A stretch of 64,000 nt of DNA from assembly GCA_965218235.1 (NCBI GenBank), contig OZ244595.1, positions 1,259,009-1,323,008 of the forward strand. Reading direction: 5' to 3'. This document shows, in pieces, positions 29,038 through 38,860 of this stretch (within the stretch, counting starts at the first letter, position 1; every line of letters starts with the position of its first letter). A model generated the notes under the pieces. It did no database searches. It was given only the letters and a program-made list of their open reading frames with translations, and was not told the origin of the DNA. The position numbers were made by a program, and so were the translations under genes. This DNA is from Thermomicrobiales bacterium. Its GTDB lineage: Bacteria; Chloroflexota; Chloroflexia; Thermomicrobiales; UBA6265.

Positions 29038-30120
29038 TTATGGAGTCGAGACGCCGAGGGCAGCCAGCACGGTGTCCGAGACTCCAGCTCGGCGGGCTGG
29101 ACCGATCACCTCCGCCGGAAGGTCGGGGATCCAGGCACGGAGGACCGTCGTGTTCCCGGAACAGGACAGCGTCACCGATGGTTCCGCCGCCGGGACGACG
29201 ATCGAGCCACCGACCGGCGCGCCGAGCTGGTCGTCATCCCCGACGACGGCCTCGCCGGCGATGACCGTGATGACCTGCGGTGAACCGCTGGTCGTCGTCA
29301 CGAGCCGGTCGTCGTCGCTGAGTCTGATCCGCTCCAGGGCGAAGTAGCGGCAGGCGACGAGGAACTGGCGCTGCCCGATCGCCGAATCCCGGTCGGCGCC
29401 CAGGGTCGGGGATGGGCGCAGGTACGGTTTGATCGCCCGGGCGCCCTCAGCGAGGTGCCGCTCCCGCGGGCGGCCGTCGGCGCTGACCCGGCCCCAGTCA
29501 TCCAGCCGGTAGGTGATTTCCGACGGCTGCTGGACCTCGTAGATCAGGATGCCGGCTCCGAGGGCGTGGACCGTTCCGGCGGGGAGGAGGACGGTCTCAC
29601 CGGTTCGGGCGGCGATCTGGCGCAGGAACCGCGACGAACTGCCGTCGCCGGTTTCACAGGCGGCCAGGAAGGGCCCTGACGCGTCCGAAGTCAGCCCGAG
29701 GAAGAGCTGGGCGTCGGCCGGCGCATCGAGGATGTACCAGGCCTCGGTCTTGCCGTTGCCGCTCAGGGCGGCGGCCCGGTCGTCGTCCGGGTGAACCTGG
29801 ATCGAGAGATTGCTGGCGGCGTCGATCAGCTTGATCAGCAGCGGAAAGACCGCCCGCCCGCGGGTCATGCCGAGGCCGAGCGCGCCCGCGACCTCGCTCG
29901 GGAAACGCCGGGTCAGCTCCCCGAGGGTAAGGCCTTCGTACGCGCCGCTGCCGACGACGGTTTGGTCGGCTGAGACGAGTACCTCGCCGAGCGGTTCGGC
30001 GGACCCGGCTGGGCGCCCGAAGCCGATCGACGCCAGCCGCGTCCCGCCCCAGGGCTTCGTATCGAGCCGGGGCCGCACCGTGAACGGCGCACCGGAGAAC
30101 AGGTTGTCCATGCCGCACAT
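29038..30120 (-). CDS. manA: Mannose-6-phosphate isomerase, class I
   Basis: KPWGG, LSIQVHPDD, GKTEAWYILDA and VHALGAG motifs. Confidence 0.85.
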   Translation of the reverse strand: MCGMDNLFSGAPFTVRPRLDTKPWGGTRLASIGFGRPAGSAEPLGEVLVSADQTVVGSGAYEGLTLGELTRRFPSEVAGALGLGMTRGRAVFPLLIKLIDAASNLSIQVHPDDDRAAALSGNGKTEAWYILDAPADAQLFLGLTSDASGPFLAACETGDGSSSRFLRQIAARTGETVLLPAGTVHALGAGILIYEVQQPSEITYRLDDWGRVSADGRPRERHLAEGARAIKPYLRPSPTLGADRDSAIGQRQFLVACRYFALERIRLSDDDRLVTTTSGSPQVITVIAGEAVVGDDDQLGAPVGGSIVVPAAEPSVTLSCSGNTTVLRAWIPDLPAEVIGPARRAGVSDTVLAALGVSTP

Positions 30121-30384
30121 TTAGCCACCGATCCGCCCGGCTGTCGAGACACCCGAAGGTCCCGGAAGGTGATCGGCTGGTCCGCCAGGTCACTCCGGCG
30201 TCGCTTGACAATCGTTGGCCGAACGTGCATAAAAATGACATCAGCACCCTTCGCTCCACCTGGAGTCCGAATCTGGCACTGATCGTCAGGGTGGCCCGCG
30301 AACCGGTCCGCGCGATGCCGCGTGACGGTCCGACGTGACACGCATCCTGGCGCCGACTCGAAGCTGAGTCCCTGGAGGCGCGTC

Positions 30385-31935
30385 GTGAATGACCCCCATC
30401 GTCAAGCCATCCGCTCGTCCTCGCTGGATCGTCGTCGTCTGCTCGGGACCGCCGCCGGCGCGGCCGCCGCGCTCGCGGTCGGCGCGTCCGTCACCCCATC
30501 CGTGCTGGCCCAGGACGCCACGCCCGCGGCCGGGAACCTGACCGGGATCAACCCCGACACGTGGAACCCGGACACGATCCAGGCGATGGCGGGGACCGAG
30601 ACGGTCGACACCGCGAGCGAGATGCACGCGCTGGTTCCCGCCGAAACGGCCGGTGAGCTGTCGTGGTGGGCTGCCGGACCCAACCAGGCGTCGCCGGAGA
30701 TCGCCGTTCAGCTCTGGGATGAGTTCCAGACCACCTTTCAGACCTACTGGCCGTCGATTGGGCTGGACGTCCAGAACGTCGACTACAACGAGCTGCTCGA
30801 CAAGGCCCGGGTAGCGGCGGCGGGCGGCGCCTCGCCGTCGGTCGCCAAGTTCCCGATCCTGTGGGGCGTCGAGTTCGCCGCCCGCGGGTTGCTGCAGGAG
30901 ATCAAGCTCGAGGACTACGGGCTGACCACCGATCAGTTCTGGCCCGGCGCGCTGAAGTCCGTGACGTGGGAAGGGAAGTACTACGGCATCCCGACCAACA
31001 ACGAGACCATGGCGTTCATCTACAACCGTGACATCTTCCAGCGCGCCGGGCTCGATCCGGACAACCCGCCGCAGACCTGGGATGACGTCCGGACGGCGTC
31101 GAAGACGATCACCGATGCGCTCGGCGGCCGGGTCAAGGGCTACGGGATGGTCGCCAAGCAGAACGCCGGCAACACGCCGTTCCGCTTCATGCCGATGCTC
31201 TGGGCCTACGGCGGCAGCGCCCTCGACGAGGCCGACGACAACCCAACCTACCAGACGACCAAGATCAACACGCCGGAAGGCGTCCGGGCGCTCCAGCTCA
31301 TGTACGACATGTACGTGACGGACCGCTCCGTCCCAACCTCCGCCCTGACCAACACCCAGGTCGAGAACCAGGACCTGTTCCTGACAGAGCAGATCGCGAT
31401 GATGATCTCGCATCCAAGCGAGTACGTCGCCCTTCGGAACAAGATCGATGGGCTCTCCAACGACGAGGAGAAGCAGCGGGCGACGCGCGTCGTGGACAGC
31501 ATGGAATACGTGCTGATCCCGGAGGGTCCGGTGCGGCGGGCTGTTGTGTTCGGAGGGTCCAACGCCCACATCTTCACCGATGCGGCCCATGGCGGGGCCG
31601 TCGACGCCAACGCCGCCAAGGCGATGGCCGGGTTGCTGACGAGCCCGGAATGGAGCCTGAAGAACAACTGGACGGATTCCAACCCGGCGAACCTGCGGGG
31701 CTTCCGGACCGACTGGATGCGGGAGCGGCTCGACACGATCCGCTTCCTAGACGTTACGACCTCCATGCTGCCGTACGGTATCCCGTTCCCGGTGGTGCCG
31801 GAGTCGACTGAGATCATGAACTCGATCGTTCCGGACATGTTGCAGAACGCGCTGACCGAGGCGATGTCGGTCCAGGAGGCCGCCGACGACGCGGCCGAGA
31901 AGATCAATCAACTGATCGCCCAGCGCGCCGGCTGA
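30385..31935 (+). CDS. Sugar ABC transporter extracellular solute-binding protein (family 1, CUT1), Tat signal
   Basis: DRRRLLGTAAGAAAALAVGAS twin-arginine signal and an SBP_bac_1-like body. GTG 30385 sits 7 nt after GGAGG. The ORF opens at 30322. Confidence 0.85.
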   Translation: MNDPHRQAIRSSSLDRRRLLGTAAGAAAALAVGASVTPSVLAQDATPAAGNLTGINPDTWNPDTIQAMAGTETVDTASEMHALVPAETAGELSWWAAGPNQASPEIAVQLWDEFQTTFQTYWPSIGLDVQNVDYNELLDKARVAAAGGASPSVAKFPILWGVEFAARGLLQEIKLEDYGLTTDQFWPGALKSVTWEGKYYGIPTNNETMAFIYNRDIFQRAGLDPDNPPQTWDDVRTASKTITDALGGRVKGYGMVAKQNAGNTPFRFMPMLWAYGGSALDEADDNPTYQTTKINTPEGVRALQLMYDMYVTDRSVPTSALTNTQVENQDLFLTEQIAMMISHPSEYVALRNKIDGLSNDEEKQRATRVVDSMEYVLIPEGPVRRAVVFGGSNAHIFTDAAHGGAVDANAAKAMAGLLTSPEWSLKNNWTDSNPANLRGFRTDWMRERLDTIRFLDVTTSMLPYGIPFPVVPESTEIMNSIVPDMLQNALTEAMSVQEAADDAAEKINQLIAQRAG

Positions 31936-32011
31936 TCGTCTGTCAGTTCGGGACGGGTCCGGCGAGCTACCGGATCCGTCCCGGCCCGTTCCACCTTTCC
32001 GAGGAGCGTCT

Positions 32012-32977
32012 ATGGCTACCCAGGCTCCGACCCTGCCGACGGGTGATTCCGGCACTCGCCGAGTACCTCCCGGGTTGTTGCGCCGGGTGCGGGATCACGC
32101 CGCGGACTATCTGTATGTCGCTCCGGCGATCCTGGTGATGCTCGTCGTCATCGGGTATCCGCTTGTCTACACCATCTACCGGTCGTTCTTCTTCACGGAT
32201 GCCCGCGACCCGAACTGGACCTGGAACGGCATTCACAACTACTCCGGCATTCTGAGCGACCATCTGTTCTGGCGCGTGACCTGGAACACCGTGATCTGGA
32301 CGGTCGGAAGTACGGCGTTCTCGGTGGTGCTTGGATTCGGGGCGGCGATGGTACTCCACCGCGAGTTCATCGGACGGGGACTACTGCGGGGCATCCTGCT
32401 GATCCCATGGGTGATCTCCGCCGTCGCGGCTGCCTACATCTGGAAGTGGATGCTCCATTCGGACTATGGCCTGATCAGCAATCAGCTCATGGCCTGGGGC
32501 TGGATCGATCGCCCGTTCATCGTCCTTGATGACCGGAGCCGGGCGCTGGCCGGGCTGGTCTTCGTCAATGTCTGGAAGGAGTTTCCGTTCGTCATGATCA
32601 TGGTCATGGCCGGGTTGCAGACGGTGCCCCAACAGTTGCTGCGAGCGGCGCGGGTGGACGGTGCGTCGACCTGGAGCCAGTTCGTCCACATCACCATGCC
32701 GCACCTCAAGGGGGTGCTGTTGATTACGACGCTGCTGCTCGCGGTGACCAACCTGAACTCCTTCACGCTTCCGTACCTGATGACCGGCGGCGGGCCGGCC
32801 AATTCATCCCAGCTGTGGATCACCGAGATCTACAAGATCTCGTTCGGGGCCGGGCTCCGGTACGGTGAAGCGTCGGCGTACTCGGTCATCCTCTTCCTCT
32901 TCATGGCGGTCATTGGCTACTTCTACGTCCGGGCGCTGACTGGCGGCGGGGCGAAGAAGGAAGGAGAGGCGCGATGA
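32012..32977 (+). CDS. Sugar ABC transporter permease (MalF/UgpA-like)
   Basis: Six TM segments and the EAA loop LRAARVDGASTWSQFVHITMP. GAGGAG RBS. Confidence 0.9.
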   Translation: MATQAPTLPTGDSGTRRVPPGLLRRVRDHAADYLYVAPAILVMLVVIGYPLVYTIYRSFFFTDARDPNWTWNGIHNYSGILSDHLFWRVTWNTVIWTVGSTAFSVVLGFGAAMVLHREFIGRGLLRGILLIPWVISAVAAAYIWKWMLHSDYGLISNQLMAWGWIDRPFIVLDDRSRALAGLVFVNVWKEFPFVMIMVMAGLQTVPQQLLRAARVDGASTWSQFVHITMPHLKGVLLITTLLLAVTNLNSFTLPYLMTGGGPANSSQLWITEIYKISFGAGLRYGEASAYSVILFLFMAVIGYFYVRALTGGGAKKEGEAR

Positions 32978-33966
32978 CCGTCACCAATGACGGGACGATT
33001 CGGACTATCGCCCAGCCGACCGCCGAAGTGGGCTCCGGCGTGGTCCGGGCGACGACGTTGCCGATGCCGCGGCAGGCACGTGCACGTTCGACGGTCACGA
33101 CCCGGGCCCGGACCCGCCGCCGCCATCGGCCGGGCGCCTGGACGATCGTTGGCTGGGTCTTCATGGCGGCACTGCTGGTCTACACGCTCGTGCCGATGCT
33201 CTGGATGCTCTCGACCTCCCTCAAGAGCGAATACGCCGCGACAGAGTACCCACCGCGGTGGATTCCGGAGTTCCCAACCATCGAGCAGTATCGTGAACTG
33301 CTGAATCCGGCGTCTGACGTCGGCCGGACCTTCCTGCGCTACCTCGGCAACAGTCTGTTCGTGTCGAGCGTGACGACCCTCTTCGGCCTGCTGGTCGGCG
33401 TCCCGGCCGCCTACGCTTTCTCCCGGTTCACGTTCCCCGGCAAGAATGCCCTGTTCTTCGGGGTATTGTTCCGGAACATGTTCCCGGCGGTCGTCTTCCT
33501 GATTCCGCTCTTCATCCTGATGCGGAACCTCGGGTTGATCGACACCTATGCCGCCCTGATCATCACGTACCTGACGTTCGGGCTGCCGCTGTCGATCTGG
33601 CTGCTGAAGGGGTTCTACGACAACATCCCGGTCGAGCTGGAGATGGCGGCCCGGATTGACGGCGCGACCCGGTGGCAGGCGTTCCGCCTGATCGTGATGC
33701 CGCTGTCGTCGCCGGGCATCATCGCGACGGCGATCTACGCCTTCATCCAGGCCTGGAACGAGTACATCTACGCCCGGACGTTGATCAACCGGGAGGAGTT
33801 GATGACGCTCCCGGTCGGGCTGGGCCGGTTCTTCACCGAGTACGCCTCGAACTGGCCAGGCCTGATGGCGGCCTCGTTCATCATGAGCGTCCCGGTCGTC
33901 CTGCTGTTCCTGCTCCTCCAGCGGTACTTCGTCCAGGCCCTGACCGAAGGGGCGGTGAAGCACTAG
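32974..33966 (+). CDS. Sugar ABC transporter permease (MalG/UgpE-like)
   Basis: EAA loop EMAARIDGATRWQAFRLIVMP. ATGA start/stop overlap with the preceding permease gene. Confidence 0.9.
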   Translation: MTVTNDGTIRTIAQPTAEVGSGVVRATTLPMPRQARARSTVTTRARTRRRHRPGAWTIVGWVFMAALLVYTLVPMLWMLSTSLKSEYAATEYPPRWIPEFPTIEQYRELLNPASDVGRTFLRYLGNSLFVSSVTTLFGLLVGVPAAYAFSRFTFPGKNALFFGVLFRNMFPAVVFLIPLFILMRNLGLIDTYAALIITYLTFGLPLSIWLLKGFYDNIPVELEMAARIDGATRWQAFRLIVMPLSSPGIIATAIYAFIQAWNEYIYARTLINREELMTLPVGLGRFFTEYASNWPGLMAASFIMSVPVVLLFLLLQRYFVQALTEGAVKH

Positions 33967-33991
33967 ACGCATCGAATGCGGCGCCGACGTC

Positions 33992-34157
33992 CGTAGGGTC
34001 ATCCGCTTGCGGTGACCGGCGCCCGCGGGCGCGGCTGTGTTCGCGGACCGATCGTCCGCTAATGAATCGGATGTTGCCACGTCGTTATCGCCCAGCGAGG
34101 CGATGGCCGCTGCGGAGGCCGGTCAGGGCCAGTGAAGCGAGAGCCCGTGACCCTACG
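33992..34157 (+). repeat. Intergenic structured repeat element, copy Z (166 nt), intercistronic between the permease and ATPase genes
   Basis: Perfect 10-bp arms CGTAGGGTCA (33992-34001) and TGACCCTACG (34148-34157). Internal CGTTATCGCC-cagcga-GGCGATGGCCGCTGCGG at 34083-34115. Confidence 0.6.
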
Positions 34158-34227
34158 ACACGCTTCGCGTTTGCCATAGAACTTGATGGGCCTGATCCAT
34201 CACCAAGACTTCTGGAACGGAGATGAA

Positions 34228-35346
34228 ATGGCCCACATCACGCTGCGCGACGTCTACAAGAGCTACGGGACCGTCCCGGCGGTCGATGGGGTGTCGATCG
34301 ATGTCCGGGACGGCGAGTTCGTGGCGCTGGTCGGGCCGTCGGGCTGCGGCAAGACGACGACGCTCAACCTCGTCGCCGGGCTGATCGAGCTGACGGACGG
34401 CGAGATCTACGTCGGAGACCGGCTGGTCAACGACCTGGACCCCAAGGATCGCGACCTCGCGATGGTCTTCCAGAACTACGCGCTCTACCCGAACAAGTCG
34501 GTCTTCGAGAACCTCGCGTTCCCGCTGAAGATGCGGAAGCTGGGCAAGACCGACATCGAGGAGCGGGTCCGCAGGACGGCGAAGATTCTCAACATCGAGA
34601 TGTTGCTGGACCGCCGGCCGCGCCAGCTGTCCGGTGGGCAGCAACAGCGCGTCGCCCTCGGCCGGGCGCTGGTCCGCAACCCGGCGGCGTTTCTGATGGA
34701 CGAGCCGCTCTCCAACCTGGATGCCAAGCTCCGTGTCCAGATGCGGGCCGAACTGAAGCGCTTCCACCAGGAACTTGGCGCGACGATCCTCTATGTGACG
34801 CACGACCAGGTCGAGGCGGTTACTATGGCCGACAAGATGGCGGTTATGAGTGGCGGCGTGATGCAGCAGTACGGGGCGCCGAAGGAGATCTACGACGGGC
34901 CGGTCAACACCTTCGTCGCGTCCTTCGTCGGTTCCCCGGCGATGAATCTGATCGCCGCCGACGTCACGACCGACGACCAGGGCCGGACGGCGCTGGGCGG
35001 CGCGACTGGCTGGACGCTGCCGCTGCTCGACCGGAACGCGAAGGTCGCGAAGACGTCGAGCGGCCGGGTCATCGCTGGCATCCGCCATGGGCACATCGGC
35101 ATCCTGACCGCGGAGACCGACATCGCGATCCCGGCGCGGGTCTACACCGTCGAGCCAACTGGCGACATCACCTATGTCCACATCCTGCTGGACGGCGAGA
35201 CCCTCGTCGCCAGCGTCCCGCCCGAGACCACGCTGGTCCCGGACCAGCCCGTCTGGCTCCGGCTGGACGAGGACCACCTCCACCTGTTCGAGGCAACCGA
35301 CGGTGTCCGGCTGGATGAGGGAATGGGCCAAAGGGTCGCCGCGTGA
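34228..35346 (+). CDS. Sugar ABC transporter ATP-binding protein (MalK/UgpC/MsmX-like)
   Basis: [24 protein letters not shown] and [11 protein letters not shown] motifs with a C-terminal TOBE-like domain. GGAG RBS before ATG 34228. Confidence 0.9.
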   Translation: MAHITLRDVYKSYGTVPAVDGVSIDVRDGEFVALVGPSGCGKTTTLNLVAGLIELTDGEIYVGDRLVNDLDPKDRDLAMVFQNYALYPNKSVFENLAFPLKMRKLGKTDIEERVRRTAKILNIEMLLDRRPRQLSGGQQQRVALGRALVRNPAAFLMDEPLSNLDAKLRVQMRAELKRFHQELGATILYVTHDQVEAVTMADKMAVMSGGVMQQYGAPKEIYDGPVNTFVASFVGSPAMNLIAADVTTDDQGRTALGGATGWTLPLLDRNAKVAKTSSGRVIAGIRHGHIGILTAETDIAIPARVYTVEPTGDITYVHILLDGETLVASVPPETTLVPDQPVWLRLDEDHLHLFEATDGVRLDEGMGQRVAA

Positions 35347-35714
35347 AGGTGTTCAAAAACGTCCGCCCATAGACGTTTGCCACGAAGGATCGTCGCAAGC
35401 CGAAAAAGCACATTGATATCGTGAGAGCCCGACCCGCAATCGTCATCCAGTCCGATTCGTTTGAAGTTGACGATGACACGGTCATCCTCGTGGCGAAAAC
35501 GAGCGATCTCACTTTGCCGCTTCTTGGGAGCCGCCTACTGCTCCTGACGGGGAGCGTTGAGCATCTCGCGCTCAATACCCGTACGGACTGCCTGATCCTT
35601 CCGGAGAAGGTACGGCAAGTTCCAGTCGCAAGAATCGGCCGCCTCATTGGACGATGTCCAGAGACGCTCATGCTCGGGGTTGATCGAAGTCCGCGCTTCG
35701 TCCTCGGTCTTTGA
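35315..35714 (+). pseudogene. Frameshifted MazF/PemK-family toxin gene, no adjacent antitoxin
   Basis: An N-terminal piece ([24 protein letters not shown], then a stop) in one frame continues as RARPAIVIQSDSF...TVILVAKTSDL...CLILPEKVRQVPVARIGRLIG in the +1 frame. The switch is near the A5 run at 35403-35407. Confidence 0.55.
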
Positions 35715-35854
35715 TCCTTCAACCGACTCTGACGCCCCACCGTGTCGATACTCGTGCTACGGTCACGCACTACGTGTGAGACCGATCGCTGTCCCGGCCC
35801 ATGGTCGGGGGCGAAAGACGACGAGCGCCACGACGGCGCGGGGAGTGACGGAAC

Positions 35855-37036
35855 GTGAAGATCACGTCGGTGGAGACGGCCGTCATCGAGGGCAACTTCG
35901 ACTGGGTTCTGGTTCGGATCGGGACTGACAGCGGCGTGTCAGGCCTCGGCGAGGCATACTGGGGGGCCGGCGTCGCCGAGCTGGTCCAGAAGTGCGCGCC
36001 GGCGCTGATCGGGGAGGACCCGCGAAACATCGGCAAGCTCTACGAGAAGCTGATCCGGCGGATGTCCGGGGCCGGCTCGCAGGGCGGCGCGACGGTGACC
36101 GCAATCAGCGGGATCGAGCTCGCCCTCTGGGATCTCGTCGCCCGGTCGCTCGACACGCCGATCTCGACGCTGTTCGGCGGGCGCTTCCGCGAGAAGATTC
36201 GGATCTACGCCGACTGCCACTCAGGCGACGACGAGACGCCGGAGAGCTGGGCCGAGAAGGCGCGGGAGGTCAAGGCGCAGGGCTTCACCGCGATGAAGTT
36301 CGACCTCGATGTCTTCAACCCGTTCAAGGACCGGCACGACATCTCCGAGGGGCTCCTGGCCGAGCGGGATCACTGGATGGAGCCGTACAACCGGACGATC
36401 TCCTCGCCAGAGCGGGAGTGGATGGTCTCCGTGGTGGCGGCCGTCAAGGCGGCGGTCGGCTCGGAAATCATGCTGGCGATGGACCTGCACTGGAAGTACA
36501 CCGTTGGCGACGCGATCAAGTTGGCGAAGGAGCTGGAGCGGTTCGACCTGCTCTGGCTGGAGGACCCCGTGCCGCCCGAGAACCTCGAGGCCCACGCCGA
36601 GGTCCAGCGCAACACCTCGACGCCGATCTGCACCGGCGAGAATCTGTACCGCAAGAATCAGTACCGGCCGCTGATCGAGCAGCAGATGGTCCGGATCATT
36701 GCGCCGGATATCCCGAAGATGGGTGGGCTGCTGGAGGCCAAGAAAGTCGCCGACCACGCCGACCAGTACTTCATCCCGATCGCGCCGCACAACGTCGCGT
36801 CGCCGGTCGGGACGGTCGCCGCCGCCCACATGTGCGCGGCGATGAGCAACTTCCTGGTGATGGAGTTCCACGCCAACGACGTCCCATGGTGGTCGGAGTT
36901 GGTCGAGGGCGACCCGGTCATCAGGGACGGCTTCATCCACCTCAACGAGGCACCGGGCCACGGCCTCACCCTGAACGAGACGGTCGCACGGGCGCATGCC
37001 AGGCCGGGCACCACGTTCTTCGGCGAGGTGGTCTGA
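35855..37036 (+). CDS. Enolase-superfamily enzyme (mandelate racemase/muconate lactonizing family, sugar-acid dehydratase-like)
   Basis: MKITSVETAVI...VLVRIGTDSGVSGLGEA capping domain, then a barrel with DLHW, LWLEDP and IAPD metal-ligand contexts. GTG start after GGGGAG. Confidence 0.85.
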   Translation: MKITSVETAVIEGNFDWVLVRIGTDSGVSGLGEAYWGAGVAELVQKCAPALIGEDPRNIGKLYEKLIRRMSGAGSQGGATVTAISGIELALWDLVARSLDTPISTLFGGRFREKIRIYADCHSGDDETPESWAEKAREVKAQGFTAMKFDLDVFNPFKDRHDISEGLLAERDHWMEPYNRTISSPEREWMVSVVAAVKAAVGSEIMLAMDLHWKYTVGDAIKLAKELERFDLLWLEDPVPPENLEAHAEVQRNTSTPICTGENLYRKNQYRPLIEQQMVRIIAPDIPKMGGLLEAKKVADHADQYFIPIAPHNVASPVGTVAAAHMCAAMSNFLVMEFHANDVPWWSELVEGDPVIRDGFIHLNEAPGHGLTLNETVARAHARPGTTFFGEVV

Positions 37037-37139
37037 CCTCGTGCGGTCCCCTGTTGCGAGCCGCTTTCGACCTCCCCAACACTGGGGATGAATCTGGATC
37101 GGCACGCAAGAAAATCCCCGGGTCACCGGGATTTGGCGC

Positions 37140-38210
37140 TCAGGCCACCCGACCTGATTCGGAGTCGTCGATCAGGGAAGAGCAGTCCACCGCCTCGAAG
37201 TCGTCACCCCGGATGCCCTCCTGGAGCGCGTGAAGGTCGTCGTTGTCCCAGCGGTCATCCGGGGTCCCGGAGGGGAACCAGTCACTGCCGTTGTCGGCCA
37301 GCAGCATCCCATAGGTCTTGAGCGCTTGGAAAATGATCTGGTTGGTCGGCGAGAACCCGTCGATGTCGACGCCGGCCTTGAGCCGGAATCGCTGGCCCAT
37401 TGGCGGAGCCCCGGCCTCATCCGTGGCGCCGGCCTGGTGGCGCGCTGGCCAGACATAGGTCTTCCGCGTGAGCGAGGCGGGGAAGCGCAGGGCATGGGGG
37501 ATGACACCGGCGTCGATCTCGTCGTACCGGACGAGCCCCGGCAGGATCGGCAGCCCGGCGGCGTCGGCCGAGGTCCATTCCTCCGGTCGGAGGTCGTTCG
37601 AAGTCAGGTCGAACCGTGCCCCGGACGACGCCTGCCACGACCCATCGGGCAGTGGGGCGGCGTCGTAGAGCTCATAGAGGAAGCACGTCCCCTCCTGCAA
37701 CAGGATCAGATGCGCGTCCGATCCGCCTTCGATTAGCGCATCGGCTGGAATAGGGTACGGTCCCTCGTCGCTCTCCTCGGCGACATCGAACGCGACGTCG
37801 ACCTCCGGCTGGTCGGCCGGCACCACGACGAACGGGATCCCGAGGGGCACCCCCTCGTATTCTCCAGACCCGAAGTCCGGGTGGAACGCGGTGTCAGGGC
37901 CGATGCTGGTCACATAATCGTCCGAGTGCTCATGCACGGGCAGGTCATCGACCGGAGTGTTCCAGATGTTGTCCGGTAGAAAGATCGGGCAGTCTTTCGG
38001 GACTCCCTGCACCCGCGACGGCGCTCGGTTCGGGCTCAGATTCCGGATGAGCGGCGTTTGCGGCGTCGCGTGCGCGTCAATGCTCCTGACCCCGGGGACA
38101 CCAGCCAGCAGGCCGCCGACCACGCCGCTCGCGAGCAGCCGCCGACGGGTCGGGCAACTGAGCCGATGGACGATGCTGGCGGGTTCAGCGTGGAAGGCGT
38201 GTTCGTCCAT
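37140..38210 (-). CDS. Secreted hypothetical protein (Tat signal)
   Basis: TRRRLLASGVVGGLLAGVPG signal. The body is protein-like (DNIWNTPVDDLP..., LADNGSDWF) but I recognise no family. GGAGA RBS before ATG 38210. Confidence 0.7.
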   Translation of the reverse strand: MDEHAFHAEPASIVHRLSCPTRRRLLASGVVGGLLAGVPGVRSIDAHATPQTPLIRNLSPNRAPSRVQGVPKDCPIFLPDNIWNTPVDDLPVHEHSDDYVTSIGPDTAFHPDFGSGEYEGVPLGIPFVVVPADQPEVDVAFDVAEESDEGPYPIPADALIEGGSDAHLILLQEGTCFLYELYDAAPLPDGSWQASSGARFDLTSNDLRPEEWTSADAAGLPILPGLVRYDEIDAGVIPHALRFPASLTRKTYVWPARHQAGATDEAGAPPMGQRFRLKAGVDIDGFSPTNQIIFQALKTYGMLLADNGSDWFPSGTPDDRWDNDDLHALQEGIRGDDFEAVDCSSLIDDSESGRVA

Positions 38211-38407
38211 GTTCGATCTCCGTTGCGCGCCACTCTCGCGGCCGGACAATCCCGGCGGTCGATACGACGAGTGTCATCGCTTCAGACATTGGGGACGTGA
38301 GCAAACTTACGCACTCGCGGCGAGATCGTTGACGCAAGTCCGAGGCTTGCCGGTCTGTCGCGGTCCGGCGGCACGGCATCGGCGTCGTGAGGGCAGGAGG
38401 ATCGAGC

Positions 38408-38860
38408 ATGGCAACCCAGCAGATGACCGACGACGAGCGCGACGCATTCCTGGCCGAGCCCCACATCGGGGTGCTGAGCGTGGCGAGCGACGATGGGCGT
38501 CCACCCCACACCGTGCCGCTGTTCTATGGCTACGAGCCCGGCGGCAACCTGACCTTCTACACGCAGACGCACGGGCGGATCGCCCGGAAGACGCGACTGA
38601 TCGAGGCGGCGGGGGCTGTCACGCTGAACGTCCAGAAACCGACATATCCCTACCGTTACGTGACGATCGAAGGCACCGTGATCGGGGCCGACCGGCCGCC
38701 GGCGCGGGAGCAGATGCTGGCGATCGTCGGCCGCTACCTGCCGGCTCGGGGCGCCGCGAAGTTCGTCGACACCGAGCTGGGCCATCCGGATCAGCGCCTC
38801 GTCCTGTTCACCGTCCGGCCCGACCGCTTCCTGACATTCGATGTCAGCAAGGCAGAGTGA
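38408..38860 (+). CDS. Pyridoxamine 5'-phosphate oxidase family (PPOX/F420-class split-barrel) protein
   Basis: DERDAFLAEPHIGVLSVASDDGRPPHTVPLFYGY pattern. AGGAGG RBS before ATG 38408. Confidence 0.8.
   Translation: MATQQMTDDERDAFLAEPHIGVLSVASDDGRPPHTVPLFYGYEPGGNLTFYTQTHGRIARKTRLIEAAGAVTLNVQKPTYPYRYVTIEGTVIGADRPPAREQMLAIVGRYLPARGAAKFVDTELGHPDQRLVLFTVRPDRFLTFDVSKAE

Noticed and set aside
33992-34157. Integron attC sites, or a MITE derived from the IS630 copy, as an explanation of the repeat family.
   Set aside because: There are no RYYYAAC/GTTRRRY core sites at the ends, and no integrase or cassette array. The arms do not resemble the IS630 terminal repeats (AGTACA...), and the copies are not flanked by TA duplications.
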